DNA of 64,000 nt from Chloroflexota bacterium (GTDB taxonomy: Bacteria; Chloroflexota; Dehalococcoidia; Lucifugimonadales; Lucifugimonadaceae): contig JABIHL010000098.1 in assembly GCA_018649665.1 (NCBI GenBank), forward strand, positions 660 to 64,659, in the 5' to 3' direction. The notes under the pieces were generated by a model that saw only the letters and a program-made list of their open reading frames with translations, did not search any database and had not been told where the DNA came from. The translations under genes were made by a program, and so were the position numbers. Below are positions 9,557 to 18,731 of the stretch, in pieces (the first letter of the stretch is position 1; every line of letters begins with the position of its first letter).

Positions 9557-10420
9557 ATGCCTGCGAATTCAAATAACACTCTGCAAATCGGCGATGTCCA
9601 CATAACCGGACTCTCAGATGGCAGCATTTCGTTCGACCCTAGAGTCCTGTTTCCTGAAAACCCACTCGAAATTTGGGAGCCGTTCTACGATAGGTTCCCC
9701 GAGTACTTCAGCGGACAGTTCTTCCAGAACAATCTCGGATCGTTCGTATTTACATCGGGCGGCAAACGAGTTCTCGCCGATTCAGGATTTGGCCCGCACG
9801 GCGATATGCTCGGACATCCAGCCCCGGGCGAGCTAATCAAGGATTTCGAAAAGAACGGCATCGGACTCGACACGATCGATACCGTGTTCCTTACTCACCT
9901 TCATGGCGATCACGTTGGCTGGAACTTACGCGAAGACCTACCCGAGCGACCGCTGAGCTTTCCAAACGCTCGATACAGGGTGCATGAAGCCGATTGGAAC
10001 CACTTTACGACCAACGAAATGTTGGACGACCCCAACAGAGGTGAAGCGACCAACCGAAGCGTGATGCCGCTCGAAAAGCAGGGCGTGCTCGATCTGATGG
10101 ATGGCGAGACCGAACTCGCTCCCGGCATCACGGCGTTTCCGACTCCAGGTCACACTCCAGGGCATATGAGCCTATTGATCGCCTCGAACAACGAGCGAGC
10201 GTTGCTGGTAGGCGACATACTTGGCTCGCCAATGCAGGCAACTGAAACCGATCTCCACTACTCGCCCGATTGGGATGGCCCGATGGGCATCAAGGCTAGA
10301 AAAGACATTCTAGATAGCGCAGAACAAGAAGATGCGGTGGTCATTGGAAGTCACCTGAGCTACCCGGGCTGGGGCACGATGATCAGGTGGGAAGGTCGCC
10401 GCTATTGGAAAGCCCTCTAG
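9557..10420 (+). CDS. Metallo-beta-lactamase-fold hydrolase (lactonase/methyl-parathion-hydrolase-like)
   Basis: THLHGDHVG, PGHTPGH, GD, C-terminal His. Confidence 0.85.
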   Translation: MPANSNNTLQIGDVHITGLSDGSISFDPRVLFPENPLEIWEPFYDRFPEYFSGQFFQNNLGSFVFTSGGKRVLADSGFGPHGDMLGHPAPGELIKDFEKNGIGLDTIDTVFLTHLHGDHVGWNLREDLPERPLSFPNARYRVHEADWNHFTTNEMLDDPNRGEATNRSVMPLEKQGVLDLMDGETELAPGITAFPTPGHTPGHMSLLIASNNERALLVGDILGSPMQATETDLHYSPDWDGPMGIKARKDILDSAEQEDAVVIGSHLSYPGWGTMIRWEGRRYWKAL

Positions 10421-10505
10421 CCAGCTAATATTTCGAACAAACCGACCACCAACCAACTGGCGAATCACCTAAGATTGCGCCAAAACTTCGAGGAACAGAA
10501 CAGTA

Positions 10506-10892
10506 ATGTCCGATCTAGATAACAACGCAAGCGAAAACGTCTACAACGTGATCGACACTATGTCGACAAAGTGGGACGTTAGCCATAATCCTAAGCTTGG
10601 AGTTGATCTCGGTCGTCTTATGCTCAGGAAAGACCCCGATAGTGGCTCCGAAATACGCATGATCCGCTATCCAAAAGGCGTTTTGAACCCGGAGCACACT
10701 CACCCGTGCGGACACGGAATATTCGTTCTCGAAGGCAAACTACGAACGCATCAGGGCGTTTACGGCCCCGGAGCCTGGGTATGGTTCCCGCAGGGTGAAA
10801 CTATGGAGCACGGCGCCACTGATGAAGGCGATATGGTGGGCATATTCATAACCGATGGCGCATTCGAAATCCACTACAACGACGAAAAGTAA
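10506..10892 (+). CDS. Cupin-domain protein
   Basis: PEHTH...FVLEG...YGPG.W..FP.G..H. Confidence 0.75.
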   Translation: MSDLDNNASENVYNVIDTMSTKWDVSHNPKLGVDLGRLMLRKDPDSGSEIRMIRYPKGVLNPEHTHPCGHGIFVLEGKLRTHQGVYGPGAWVWFPQGETMEHGATDEGDMVGIFITDGAFEIHYNDEK

Positions 10893-10951
10893 CTCACGCA
10901 TTTCTCAGATCTCGCACAGGACGAATCAGGTAACCCACAAGCAGAGTATTC

Positions 10952-12211
10952 ATGACAACTAAAAGCATTTTCAAAGCAAAACGAGTGGCAAACGCCGATG
11001 TTTCAGGCTGGCTCGATGACCACGCAGTAGTCGTTGAAGACGGTGTAATTACGGCAGTTGAACCTTCTGCCAACGTTTCGTCGGCTGGCGATAGTTATGA
11101 AGTTCATGATCTCGGCGACGTATCGCTGTTACCGGGCTTAGTTGATGCCCACTCACACATGCACTGCAGCGCTACTCACGATGCTCAGGCTTTGGCGATG
11201 AGCGAGAACGATCAGCAGCTTACGATCCGTGCGACAAACAACATGCGCAAGGCTGTGCTCGCTGGAACCACCACGATTCGCGATCTCGGTTCTCGTAACG
11301 AGGTTGCCTTCGCAGTTCGGCAGATGATCGAAGATGGCCATGTGCCCGGGCCCCGTCTTTTGCTCGCCGGTACACCGATAACGATCACAGCTGGACACTG
11401 CTGGTTTTTCGGAACCGAAGCCGATACAGAAGCGCAGGTTCGAACTGCGATACGAAATCAAGTGAAGCTCGGTGCCAACGTCATCAAGGTGATGGCGACC
11501 GGCGGAATGTTCACTCCGACAGCGAATCCTCGAACTCCGCAGTACTCAGTTGAGGTTCTGAAGGCGGCGGTTGAAGAAGCGCACCGTATGAACGTGCCTA
11601 TCGTTACTCACACGCTTTCGGCTCAGGGTGTTCGAAACGTAGTTGAAGCGGGAGTCGACCAACTCATCCACGCTCGCTGGTACCACTCCGACCCAAACCA
11701 AGGTCTCGACTACACTCCCGATACCGTCAAGCAGATGGTCGATCAGGGTCAGTGGGTCGATCCAACGATCGGGCACCACTTACTTGGCATCGAAGCGAAA
11801 GCGCGCGGCGAAATCGGACCAATGGATCCTCACTGGGCCGTTTCGTTCAAAGTCGTTCCCGAAGCAGATCACGTTGAAACGCTGAACAAGATGCACGATG
11901 CAGGGGTCAGGTTCACTACTGGGCTCGATATGGGAATGACTTACGGCACTCATGACCGATCGGCTGCGAACGCTTGGGCATTCGTTGAAACGCTAGGCTG
12001 GGCGAACTGGAAAGCGATCAACGCTGCGACTGCAGGCACTGCGGAAGCATTGGGACTCGTTAAACAAATCGGCAGCCTTCAAGCGGGTATGTTCGCTGAT
12101 ATGGCTGCCTTTGCTGGCGATCCTGCACAAAATATACGTGACATGGACCAAGCCTCGACCGTGGTTCAATCGGGTCGATTGCTGAAGCTGAACGACATGA
12201 TTCTGGTCTAG
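10952..12211 (+). CDS. Amidohydrolase-superfamily metal-dependent hydrolase
   Basis: PGLVDAHSH, GTTTIRDLG, IKVMATGG, IGSLQAG..AD. Confidence 0.88.
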   Translation: MTTKSIFKAKRVANADVSGWLDDHAVVVEDGVITAVEPSANVSSAGDSYEVHDLGDVSLLPGLVDAHSHMHCSATHDAQALAMSENDQQLTIRATNNMRKAVLAGTTTIRDLGSRNEVAFAVRQMIEDGHVPGPRLLLAGTPITITAGHCWFFGTEADTEAQVRTAIRNQVKLGANVIKVMATGGMFTPTANPRTPQYSVEVLKAAVEEAHRMNVPIVTHTLSAQGVRNVVEAGVDQLIHARWYHSDPNQGLDYTPDTVKQMVDQGQWVDPTIGHHLLGIEAKARGEIGPMDPHWAVSFKVVPEADHVETLNKMHDAGVRFTTGLDMGMTYGTHDRSAANAWAFVETLGWANWKAINAATAGTAEALGLVKQIGSLQAGMFADMAAFAGDPAQNIRDMDQASTVVQSGRLLKLNDMILV

Positions 12212-12248
12212 CCCAAACTGGAGTAAATCCGATATTGGGTTGAACGTA

Positions 12249-12440
12249 CTAGCCAATCAGACCGGGAATACCGCTTTGAGTAGCTGAAGCATCGCCTGTG
12301 GTTGCTGCCTGGAAAATCGTCAACGTCACAACAGCGAACGCTGCGAGCACGACTGCGACTGTGACTCCAGACACCCCAAGCTGACTCATCTTTGAACCGT
12401 ATGCTGATGTAACTACTTTGCGAGATGTGCGGACTGACAT
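12249..12440 (-). CDS. 63-aa membrane peptide with archaellin/class-III signal-like N-terminus
   Basis: AGAGG ribosome-binding site; QLG|VSGVTVAVVLAAFAVV hydrophobic segment. Confidence 0.55.
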   Translation of the reverse strand: MSVRTSRKVVTSAYGSKMSQLGVSGVTVAVVLAAFAVVTLTIFQAATTGDASATQSGIPGLIG

Positions 12441-12911
12441 TAGAACCTCTATTGCTCGTATTAGCGCCGGTATTGGCTTACTCGCTGATCAGAGGATTCT
12501 GGGTAAGAATTCCCAAATCAGCGAGTGAACCAATGGATACCTGTTCACGACCGGTGTAGCGGGTGCCACTACCTCAATATGGCAGTAAACACCGAGAGCT
12601 CAGTAGGGTGAATCACCTAAAGGTATTGCGGAATTGCGCAACTCTTCGTTTCGAATCGAAATTTGTTCGCCAACTGCGCTCAGTTGAAAATTCGATTGTC
12701 GATATCACCAATTGGCACTTTTACTGGCACTTAGGCATTCAGGCATTCACACAGTCTCTACACAGTTATCCCCTAGTGTGTAGTACATCGCATCGCCCAG
12801 CAGGGTGGTCGCATCGAACTAACTTAGAGAATATGCAGCAGGGCACCAAGCTCGACTGCCAGATTCTCAGATTCAAATTGGTTGATGGGTAAGTGAAGGG
12901 GTTGAATTCAA

Positions 12912-13121
12912 ATGTTGCACTTTAAGTCGTGCCCAAAATGCACAAGCGGAACGATCGAGAATAATTCCGATGCACATGGCAGCTTTCTACAATGCTTGAA
13001 CTGCGGTTTCCAGCGCGACATTGCAGACGATATTTCTGAGAAAAGCGTCAAATCGATCTTGAAGCAATGGCGAAAAGAGCTTCAGGTTCAAGAAAATGCG
13101 CCGAGCGAAGCCATAGCCTGA
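12912..13121 (+). CDS. Small zinc-ribbon protein
   Basis: CPKC...CLNCG; purine-rich ribosome-binding site (GAAGGGG). Confidence 0.7.
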   Translation: MLHFKSCPKCTSGTIENNSDAHGSFLQCLNCGFQRDIADDISEKSVKSILKQWRKELQVQENAPSEAIA

Positions 13122-13275
13122 CAGCCGGTAACTCGTCCCTCACAAAATCCTCATGTGCTTCGTGAGGTCAGTGATTATTCCCTCGCTTTTTCATCACGCT
13201 CCATTCGCGCCAATTCTTGAACGGCTGAACTAGCATTCTGTGCATTGAATTATTTCCTTTTGTGGAACGATCTTT

Positions 13276-15027
13276 TTGCCAGAACGACCTATATCACTTA
13301 GAAGAGCCGCTGAAATTATCGGCGTACATCATTCGACCCTAGCCCGAGCCGTTGAGCGCGGCGACATTCAACCCGTCGCTACTACTCCCGGCGGCTGGAA
13401 CAGGTTCTCACGCAGAGACATCGAACGATACGGACGAGCACTTGAGGCGACAGAAATCGCCCAAAACCAGATCGATGCTCCTGCGGTTGATCGTGCTCTC
13501 TACGACATTCCAAAGCTCGCAAGAGCACTAACTGGCGCCGACTACGCTGCGGTTACAGTTCAGGAATCAAACGGACGCCCACTGCGCATTTACCACGATG
13601 GCTTGGCCGATGATATTGATTGGAAATCTCATGCCCTACCAATCGGTCGCGGTGTTCTTGGCAAACTAGGTCACGCAGATTCTCCACTGAGACTCGACGA
13701 CCTTTCGGAACACCCTGATTCATATGGTTTTCCCGATTGGCACCCGCCTATGAAGGCGTTGCTGGGTGTACAGGTAGTGAACAGCGCTGGATTAAAAGCC
13801 AACCTGTATCTTGCAAACTCACCCGGTAAACCGGGCTTTACTGAAGCCGATGAGCAACAACTGACTCAATTGACTCACTTCGCTCAATTGGCGCTCGATT
13901 CTGCAAACCTCTACGAACAAGAACGCGAAAATCGAGTACTTGCGGAATCGGCAGAACGCCGACTGCAGGCCGTTATCGAAGAATCCACCGTTGGTGTGTT
14001 AATTGTCGAAGCCGGTACCAGAATTTTATTAGGTTCGAGCCAGGAAGCTAGAAGGCTATTTGGGCACTCGCTGAACGTAGGCATGGCACTAACCAAGATA
14101 AATCAACTAATAACCATCTACAACAGTGATGGTCGACTCGTCATTCACGATGAACTTCCACTTGAACAAGCGCTTGCCAGTAGGCGAACGACTCGGCCAC
14201 AGGACATGCTGTTTGAACGATTTGATGGAAGCAGGGTTCCCGTTGTTGTGACGGCTGCGCCAATCGGGGCAGAAGACGGCGGGATCGATTCGGCCGTTCT
14301 GATATTCCAAGACGTTACCCAGATTCATGAAGTCGACGACGCAAAAAAAGAGTTTCTGTCGATGATTACGCACGATCTACGGTCGCCATTAGCTACGATA
14401 AAGGGCTTGGCACGTTCGCTTAACGTGCCAATGAAACCTGAAGCTGAAATTCAGATCGGACTCGATGCGATCGACGAAGAAGTCGATCACATGACCGAGC
14501 TTGTTTCAAATATATTGGATATGTCACGAATCGAATCTGGAACACGTGGTGTTGAACGAGAAATTTCCCACATGGCAGATATTGTTCACGATGCCGTTCG
14601 GAGGTCGGTAGGCTCACGTCACGGATCTGGGCGCCCTATCCGGGTGGAAATACCATCAAATTTGCCAGAAATGTACGCCGACCCCGGCCAATTAGGGCGA
14701 GTACTCGATAACCTTCTAAGCAACGCAATGAAATACACGCCTAGTAACGTTGTGATAACTAACACCTACGATGCAAGTTCTGACACGATTCGTACAGAGG
14801 TTATTGATCAAGGCGCGGGAATCCCAACTGCTCAGCAAGTAGATATTTTTGACAAGTTCTATCGCCTCCGTGAAGATCGTTCTGGCGGACGCGAGGGATC
14901 GGGTCTCGGACTCGCTATTTGTAAATCCGTAATCGGTGCGCATGGCGGTAAAATTGGCGTAACAAATAATTCTCGGGGCGGCGCCACGTTCTGGTTTGAA
15001 ATTCCTAGAGATCCCGACCAAGCATGA
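13276..15027 (+). CDS. Soluble sensor histidine kinase: HTH - GAF - PAS - HisKA - HATPase
   Basis: N-terminal excisionase/MerR-like HTH; GAF motif HPDSYGFPDWHPPM; H-box ITHDLRSPL; N-box NLLSNAMKY; DQGAGI; GSGLGL. No TM helix seen. Confidence 0.9.
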   Translation: MPERPISLRRAAEIIGVHHSTLARAVERGDIQPVATTPGGWNRFSRRDIERYGRALEATEIAQNQIDAPAVDRALYDIPKLARALTGADYAAVTVQESNGRPLRIYHDGLADDIDWKSHALPIGRGVLGKLGHADSPLRLDDLSEHPDSYGFPDWHPPMKALLGVQVVNSAGLKANLYLANSPGKPGFTEADEQQLTQLTHFAQLALDSANLYEQERENRVLAESAERRLQAVIEESTVGVLIVEAGTRILLGSSQEARRLFGHSLNVGMALTKINQLITIYNSDGRLVIHDELPLEQALASRRTTRPQDMLFERFDGSRVPVVVTAAPIGAEDGGIDSAVLIFQDVTQIHEVDDAKKEFLSMITHDLRSPLATIKGLARSLNVPMKPEAEIQIGLDAIDEEVDHMTELVSNILDMSRIESGTRGVEREISHMADIVHDAVRRSVGSRHGSGRPIRVEIPSNLPEMYADPGQLGRVLDNLLSNAMKYTPSNVVITNTYDASSDTIRTEVIDQGAGIPTAQQVDIFDKFYRLREDRSGGREGSGLGLAICKSVIGAHGGKIGVTNNSRGGATFWFEIPRDPDQA

Positions 15028-15058
15028 TTTGCAATACGAAAAGCAAGAGGGCTGAATA

Positions 15059-15778
15059 ATGACATCCGCGAATCACAGACAGGACAAATCAAGCGTACTT
15101 GTGGTCGATGACGATCCCAAGATCAGACGATTAGTCGCAACACATCTTGGTCAATCAGGGTTTGAGGTTTTCCTCGCCGCAAACGGTGAAGAAGCTATCT
15201 ACCAAGCATCTCTACACCAACCTGATGTAGTAGTTCTCGACCTCGCAATGCCGGGGATCGACGGATTCGAGACGCTATCGAGATTGCGCGAGTGGTACAC
15301 CGATCCAGTGATAATTCTTTCTGCCACAGATCAAGAATCGGAAAAGGTTCGAGCACTCGATATCGGCGCCGACGACTACATTACGAAGCCGTTTGGAACC
15401 CAGGAGCTTGCCGCAAGGATCCGAGCCGCTATCAGGCGTGCAGAGCGACTCTCGAGCACTGCCGATACAACAGATCCTATCGTTCAGGCTGGTTCGTTCG
15501 AAATCGATCTTTCTGCACGATTGGTTTACCGCGACAGTGAAGAGGTTCGACTTACTCGAACTGAGTACGACTTACTAAGGTCGCTGGCTGTGAACGCTGG
15601 CAAAGTGATGACGCATCGACAGCTTTTGCAGTCGGTTTGGGGACCCGAGTACGGTGAAGAAACCGAGTACCTAAGAACGTTCGTGAAGCAGCTTCGACGA
15701 AAACTCGAAGAAGATCCTTCACGACCCAAACAGATTCTCACCGAACCGGCCGTTGGCTACCGACTCGTAACGAACTAA
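15059..15778 (+). CDS. OmpR/KdpE-like response regulator
   Basis: VVDDD, LDLAMP, GADDYITKPF; C-terminal winged helix YLRTFVKQLRRKLEEDPSRP...GYR. Confidence 0.93.
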   Translation: MTSANHRQDKSSVLVVDDDPKIRRLVATHLGQSGFEVFLAANGEEAIYQASLHQPDVVVLDLAMPGIDGFETLSRLREWYTDPVIILSATDQESEKVRALDIGADDYITKPFGTQELAARIRAAIRRAERLSSTADTTDPIVQAGSFEIDLSARLVYRDSEEVRLTRTEYDLLRSLAVNAGKVMTHRQLLQSVWGPEYGEETEYLRTFVKQLRRKLEEDPSRPKQILTEPAVGYRLVTN

Positions 15779-15934
15779 TAGAAGCTGGTTCGTTGCATTT
15801 CAGCGTCCTACGCTTAGGCGGTGATCGTTTGAAAACAGGTGCGGCAACGAACTAATCCCGGTACAAAATTAGGCGTCGTGATCACGTGTAATATGCTCGT
15901 CACCCACCAAGCTTGAAGCGTTTGAACTCCGTAC

Positions 15935-16603
15935 ATGACTCTGCCGCCGTACTTCTTGAAATGTCCAAAATTCGATGCTTCACCGGAAGTCATTTCATCG
16001 TTCGAGAGGCTATTCGCAGAGCAAACCCTCGACGCCAGCGGCAGTCATATCGATTATTCGCTTTCGACGCCGAAATGGCAGTTCCTGAGCTACTTGTGCG
16101 ACACCAAAAACGTTGTGATGCACGGTAGCGGCGATTCCGCGATCACTGAGTTCGAACCTCGACAATCTAACGATGTAGCCGAGTTCGGCGATCAGCGAGC
16201 CGTTTACGCGGCTTCAGACGGTATTTGGGCATCTTTCTACGCGATTCTCGATCGAGATCGATACGTCCGCTCACTCAACAACGCCTGCGTAAAGATAGTA
16301 GACGCCGATGGAGAAATCGAAACCGCCTACTACTTCTCGATTAACGACGACGCGCTGCCTCACGAGCCGTGGCGCATCGGAACGGTGTACATTCTTCCAA
16401 AGGAAACGTTTGAAGGCGAGCCAACAAAACCCGGCAGGAAATCGGCTCAGTGGCGCAGCCCAATAGCTGTCAAACCGCTCGCCAAAATCTCGATAAGTCC
16501 AACTGATTTCCCGTTCCTCGATCAAATTCGAGGGCACGACATGGAAACCGTTATAAAACGAGCCGAAGAAAACCCCGATGGCTTTCCGTGGCTAGACGAC
16601 TAA
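15935..16603 (+). CDS. Hypothetical protein (possible ADP-ribosyltransferase fold)
   Basis: Clean 222-aa ORF with HGS...FEPR, VYAA, GTVY, QWRS..VKP. Confidence 0.6.
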   Translation: MTLPPYFLKCPKFDASPEVISSFERLFAEQTLDASGSHIDYSLSTPKWQFLSYLCDTKNVVMHGSGDSAITEFEPRQSNDVAEFGDQRAVYAASDGIWASFYAILDRDRYVRSLNNACVKIVDADGEIETAYYFSINDDALPHEPWRIGTVYILPKETFEGEPTKPGRKSAQWRSPIAVKPLAKISISPTDFPFLDQIRGHDMETVIKRAEENPDGFPWLDD

Positions 16604-18621
16604 CGCCCTAACGCTTTCTTGCCGGCTTCGAGAGTTTCGACGATGGAATCGACGTCGAATACACAGCCGCCCCACGTTCCGCCTGAAGCCGACTGCAAAG
16701 CAGCCCACAATCGAGAATCATCTGGCAGTTGTGGGTGCGGAGCCAAATCGCTGGGTTCAGCACGCTTCTCAAGTTCAGCAGTGCCCCAATCGACGCCCTT
16801 CACTTCGCCATCGATACCGACAAGATTCAACTTCCCGGAAAGATTCTTCCGATCGACGAAAATCTCGATCATATCGCCGTCTTCAACTCGACCAATTGGC
16901 CCACCTGCTAACGCTTCTGGACCCACGTGACCGATACATGCGCCGGTCGATACTCCAGAGAACCGTGCGTCGGTAATCAGTGCCACTTGCTTACCGTAGG
17001 AAAGGTGCTTCAAAGCAGCGGTTAGCTGATAAACCTCTTCCATTCCGGTACCAAGCGGACCGCCACAGGTAACGACCATGATGTCGCCAGCTTTGATCTT
17101 CTGGTCGTCATCACGCGACTTGATCGCAGCCATTGCTGATCGTTCTGAACGGAATACTCGGGCAGGACCAAGCTTTCGGTAAACGTTGTCATCATCGACA
17201 ACCGCAGGGTCGATCGCTGTGCTCTTGATTACCGATCCCTCAGGTGCGATGTTGCCCATTGGGAACGTTACCGTGCTTGTGAGATTCTTCGATGCCGCAC
17301 GTTCTGGCGACATGATTACGTTGTCTGGGTCGACTCCATCGACTTCGATCAGGTACTTACGAACGTCGTGCCGGCGTTCGGAGTCCTCCCACCAGTTCAG
17401 GTTTTCTTCGAGAGTCTGACCAGTCGCAGTCATCACGCTGGTGTCGATAAGACCCAGTTTGCGAAGGTGCAGCATTACTTCCGGAACACCACCGGCAGCG
17501 TAAAGCTGGGTAGTTGGGTGTCCGACAGGACCGTTCGGAAGAACGTCGACCAAACGAGGAACGTTCAGGTTTACTCGGTTCCAGTCTTCAACCGTCATTC
17601 GGCGTCGACCAGCAGCGTGAGCGATTGCAGGCATGTGCAGCAGCAAGTTAGTTGAACCACCGACAGCAGCGTGAACCGCCATGGCGTTCTCGAACGCCGC
17701 ATCGGTCAAAATATCCTGTGAAGTAATTCCACTTTTTTCCATCATCACGAGTGCACGTGCTGAACGTTTTGCAATATCGTGCCAGGCAGCCGTGCCGCTT
17801 GGTGAAAGGGCCGAGTGAGTGATTGCCATCCCCAGCGCCTCTGAAACGACCTGAGACGTACCAGCGGTGCCCAAGAACTGACAACCACCACCGGGCGATG
17901 CACATGAACGACAGCCGACGTCTTGCGCATATTCGAGCGTCACTTCGCCCTGCGCAAATCGTGCACCAATTGATTGAATCTGACCGGTGTCTTCACCGAC
18001 ATGAGGTTTGAGAGTCGTTCCACCAGGCACGACAACCGACGGCTGGTGATGTAATCCGGCAAGAGCCATCATCATCGCTGGCAATCCCTTGTCGCAAGAA
18101 GCGATTCCCAATACTCCTCGAACGGTCGGGAGTGATCGAGCTATGCGCCTGAACACCTGAGCGGCATCGTTTCGATATGGCAGCGAATCGAGCATTCCGG
18201 TTGTGCCCTGAGTCCGACCGTCACACGGGTCAGAACAGAAGCCTGCGAACGGTACCGACTTTAGCTCCTTGAACTCTTTAGCGGCAGTTTTGACCATGTC
18301 GACCAGTTCGAAGTGACCTGTGTGGAGTCCTAGCGCAACTGGCGATCCGTCTTCTTCTTTCACACCCCCAACGGTCGAAAGAATGATGAACTGCTTGCGC
18401 ATAAGTTCCGACGGATTCCAACCCATACCGGCGTTCTGGGTCATTCCGAAGTGGTTACCGCTCGGCTCTTCGATCAGGAACTCGGCAGTAAACGGAACCG
18501 TGCCTTTGGGTCCATCGGCGTGAGTCTGAATTTCACGAGTCGAAGGGTCGGCACCGGTGCCAAGTACATCAGCAATCGAAACTTCTGCTGTGTCGTTGTT
18601 TGGGTTGACACGTGAGGTCAT
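16600..18621 (-). CDS. IlvD/Edd-family dehydratase, YjhG/YagF (D-xylonate dehydratase) type
   Basis: SGNHFGMTQNAGMGW, LHTGH, DPCDGRTQG, CDKGLP, GGGCQFLGTA, TDARFSG. Confidence 0.88.
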   Translation of the reverse strand: MTSRVNPNNDTAEVSIADVLGTGADPSTREIQTHADGPKGTVPFTAEFLIEEPSGNHFGMTQNAGMGWNPSELMRKQFIILSTVGGVKEEDGSPVALGLHTGHFELVDMVKTAAKEFKELKSVPFAGFCSDPCDGRTQGTTGMLDSLPYRNDAAQVFRRIARSLPTVRGVLGIASCDKGLPAMMMALAGLHHQPSVVVPGGTTLKPHVGEDTGQIQSIGARFAQGEVTLEYAQDVGCRSCASPGGGCQFLGTAGTSQVVSEALGMAITHSALSPSGTAAWHDIAKRSARALVMMEKSGITSQDILTDAAFENAMAVHAAVGGSTNLLLHMPAIAHAAGRRRMTVEDWNRVNLNVPRLVDVLPNGPVGHPTTQLYAAGGVPEVMLHLRKLGLIDTSVMTATGQTLEENLNWWEDSERRHDVRKYLIEVDGVDPDNVIMSPERAASKNLTSTVTFPMGNIAPEGSVIKSTAIDPAVVDDDNVYRKLGPARVFRSERSAMAAIKSRDDDQKIKAGDIMVVTCGGPLGTGMEEVYQLTAALKHLSYGKQVALITDARFSGVSTGACIGHVGPEALAGGPIGRVEDGDMIEIFVDRKNLSGKLNLVGIDGEVKGVDWGTAELEKRAEPSDLAPHPQLPDDSRLWAALQSASGGTWGGCVFDVDSIVETLEAGKKALGR

Positions 18622-18731
18622 TGAATGTTCCTGTCGAATATTTGTTGATATCGGCGATTAATCAGCACGCAATCGAGAGCCGATCTGGCGATGAATCATA
18701 AGTGAAACGAACTCGCCGGAGAATAATACCG

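Noticed and set aside
12745-12785. DnaA-box-like words (ACACAG...TTATCCCC)
   Set aside because: Matches are imperfect and few, with no origin context.
12563-12892. 109-aa ORF in the long intergenic region
   Set aside because: No ribosome-binding site or recognisable motif; probably spurious.
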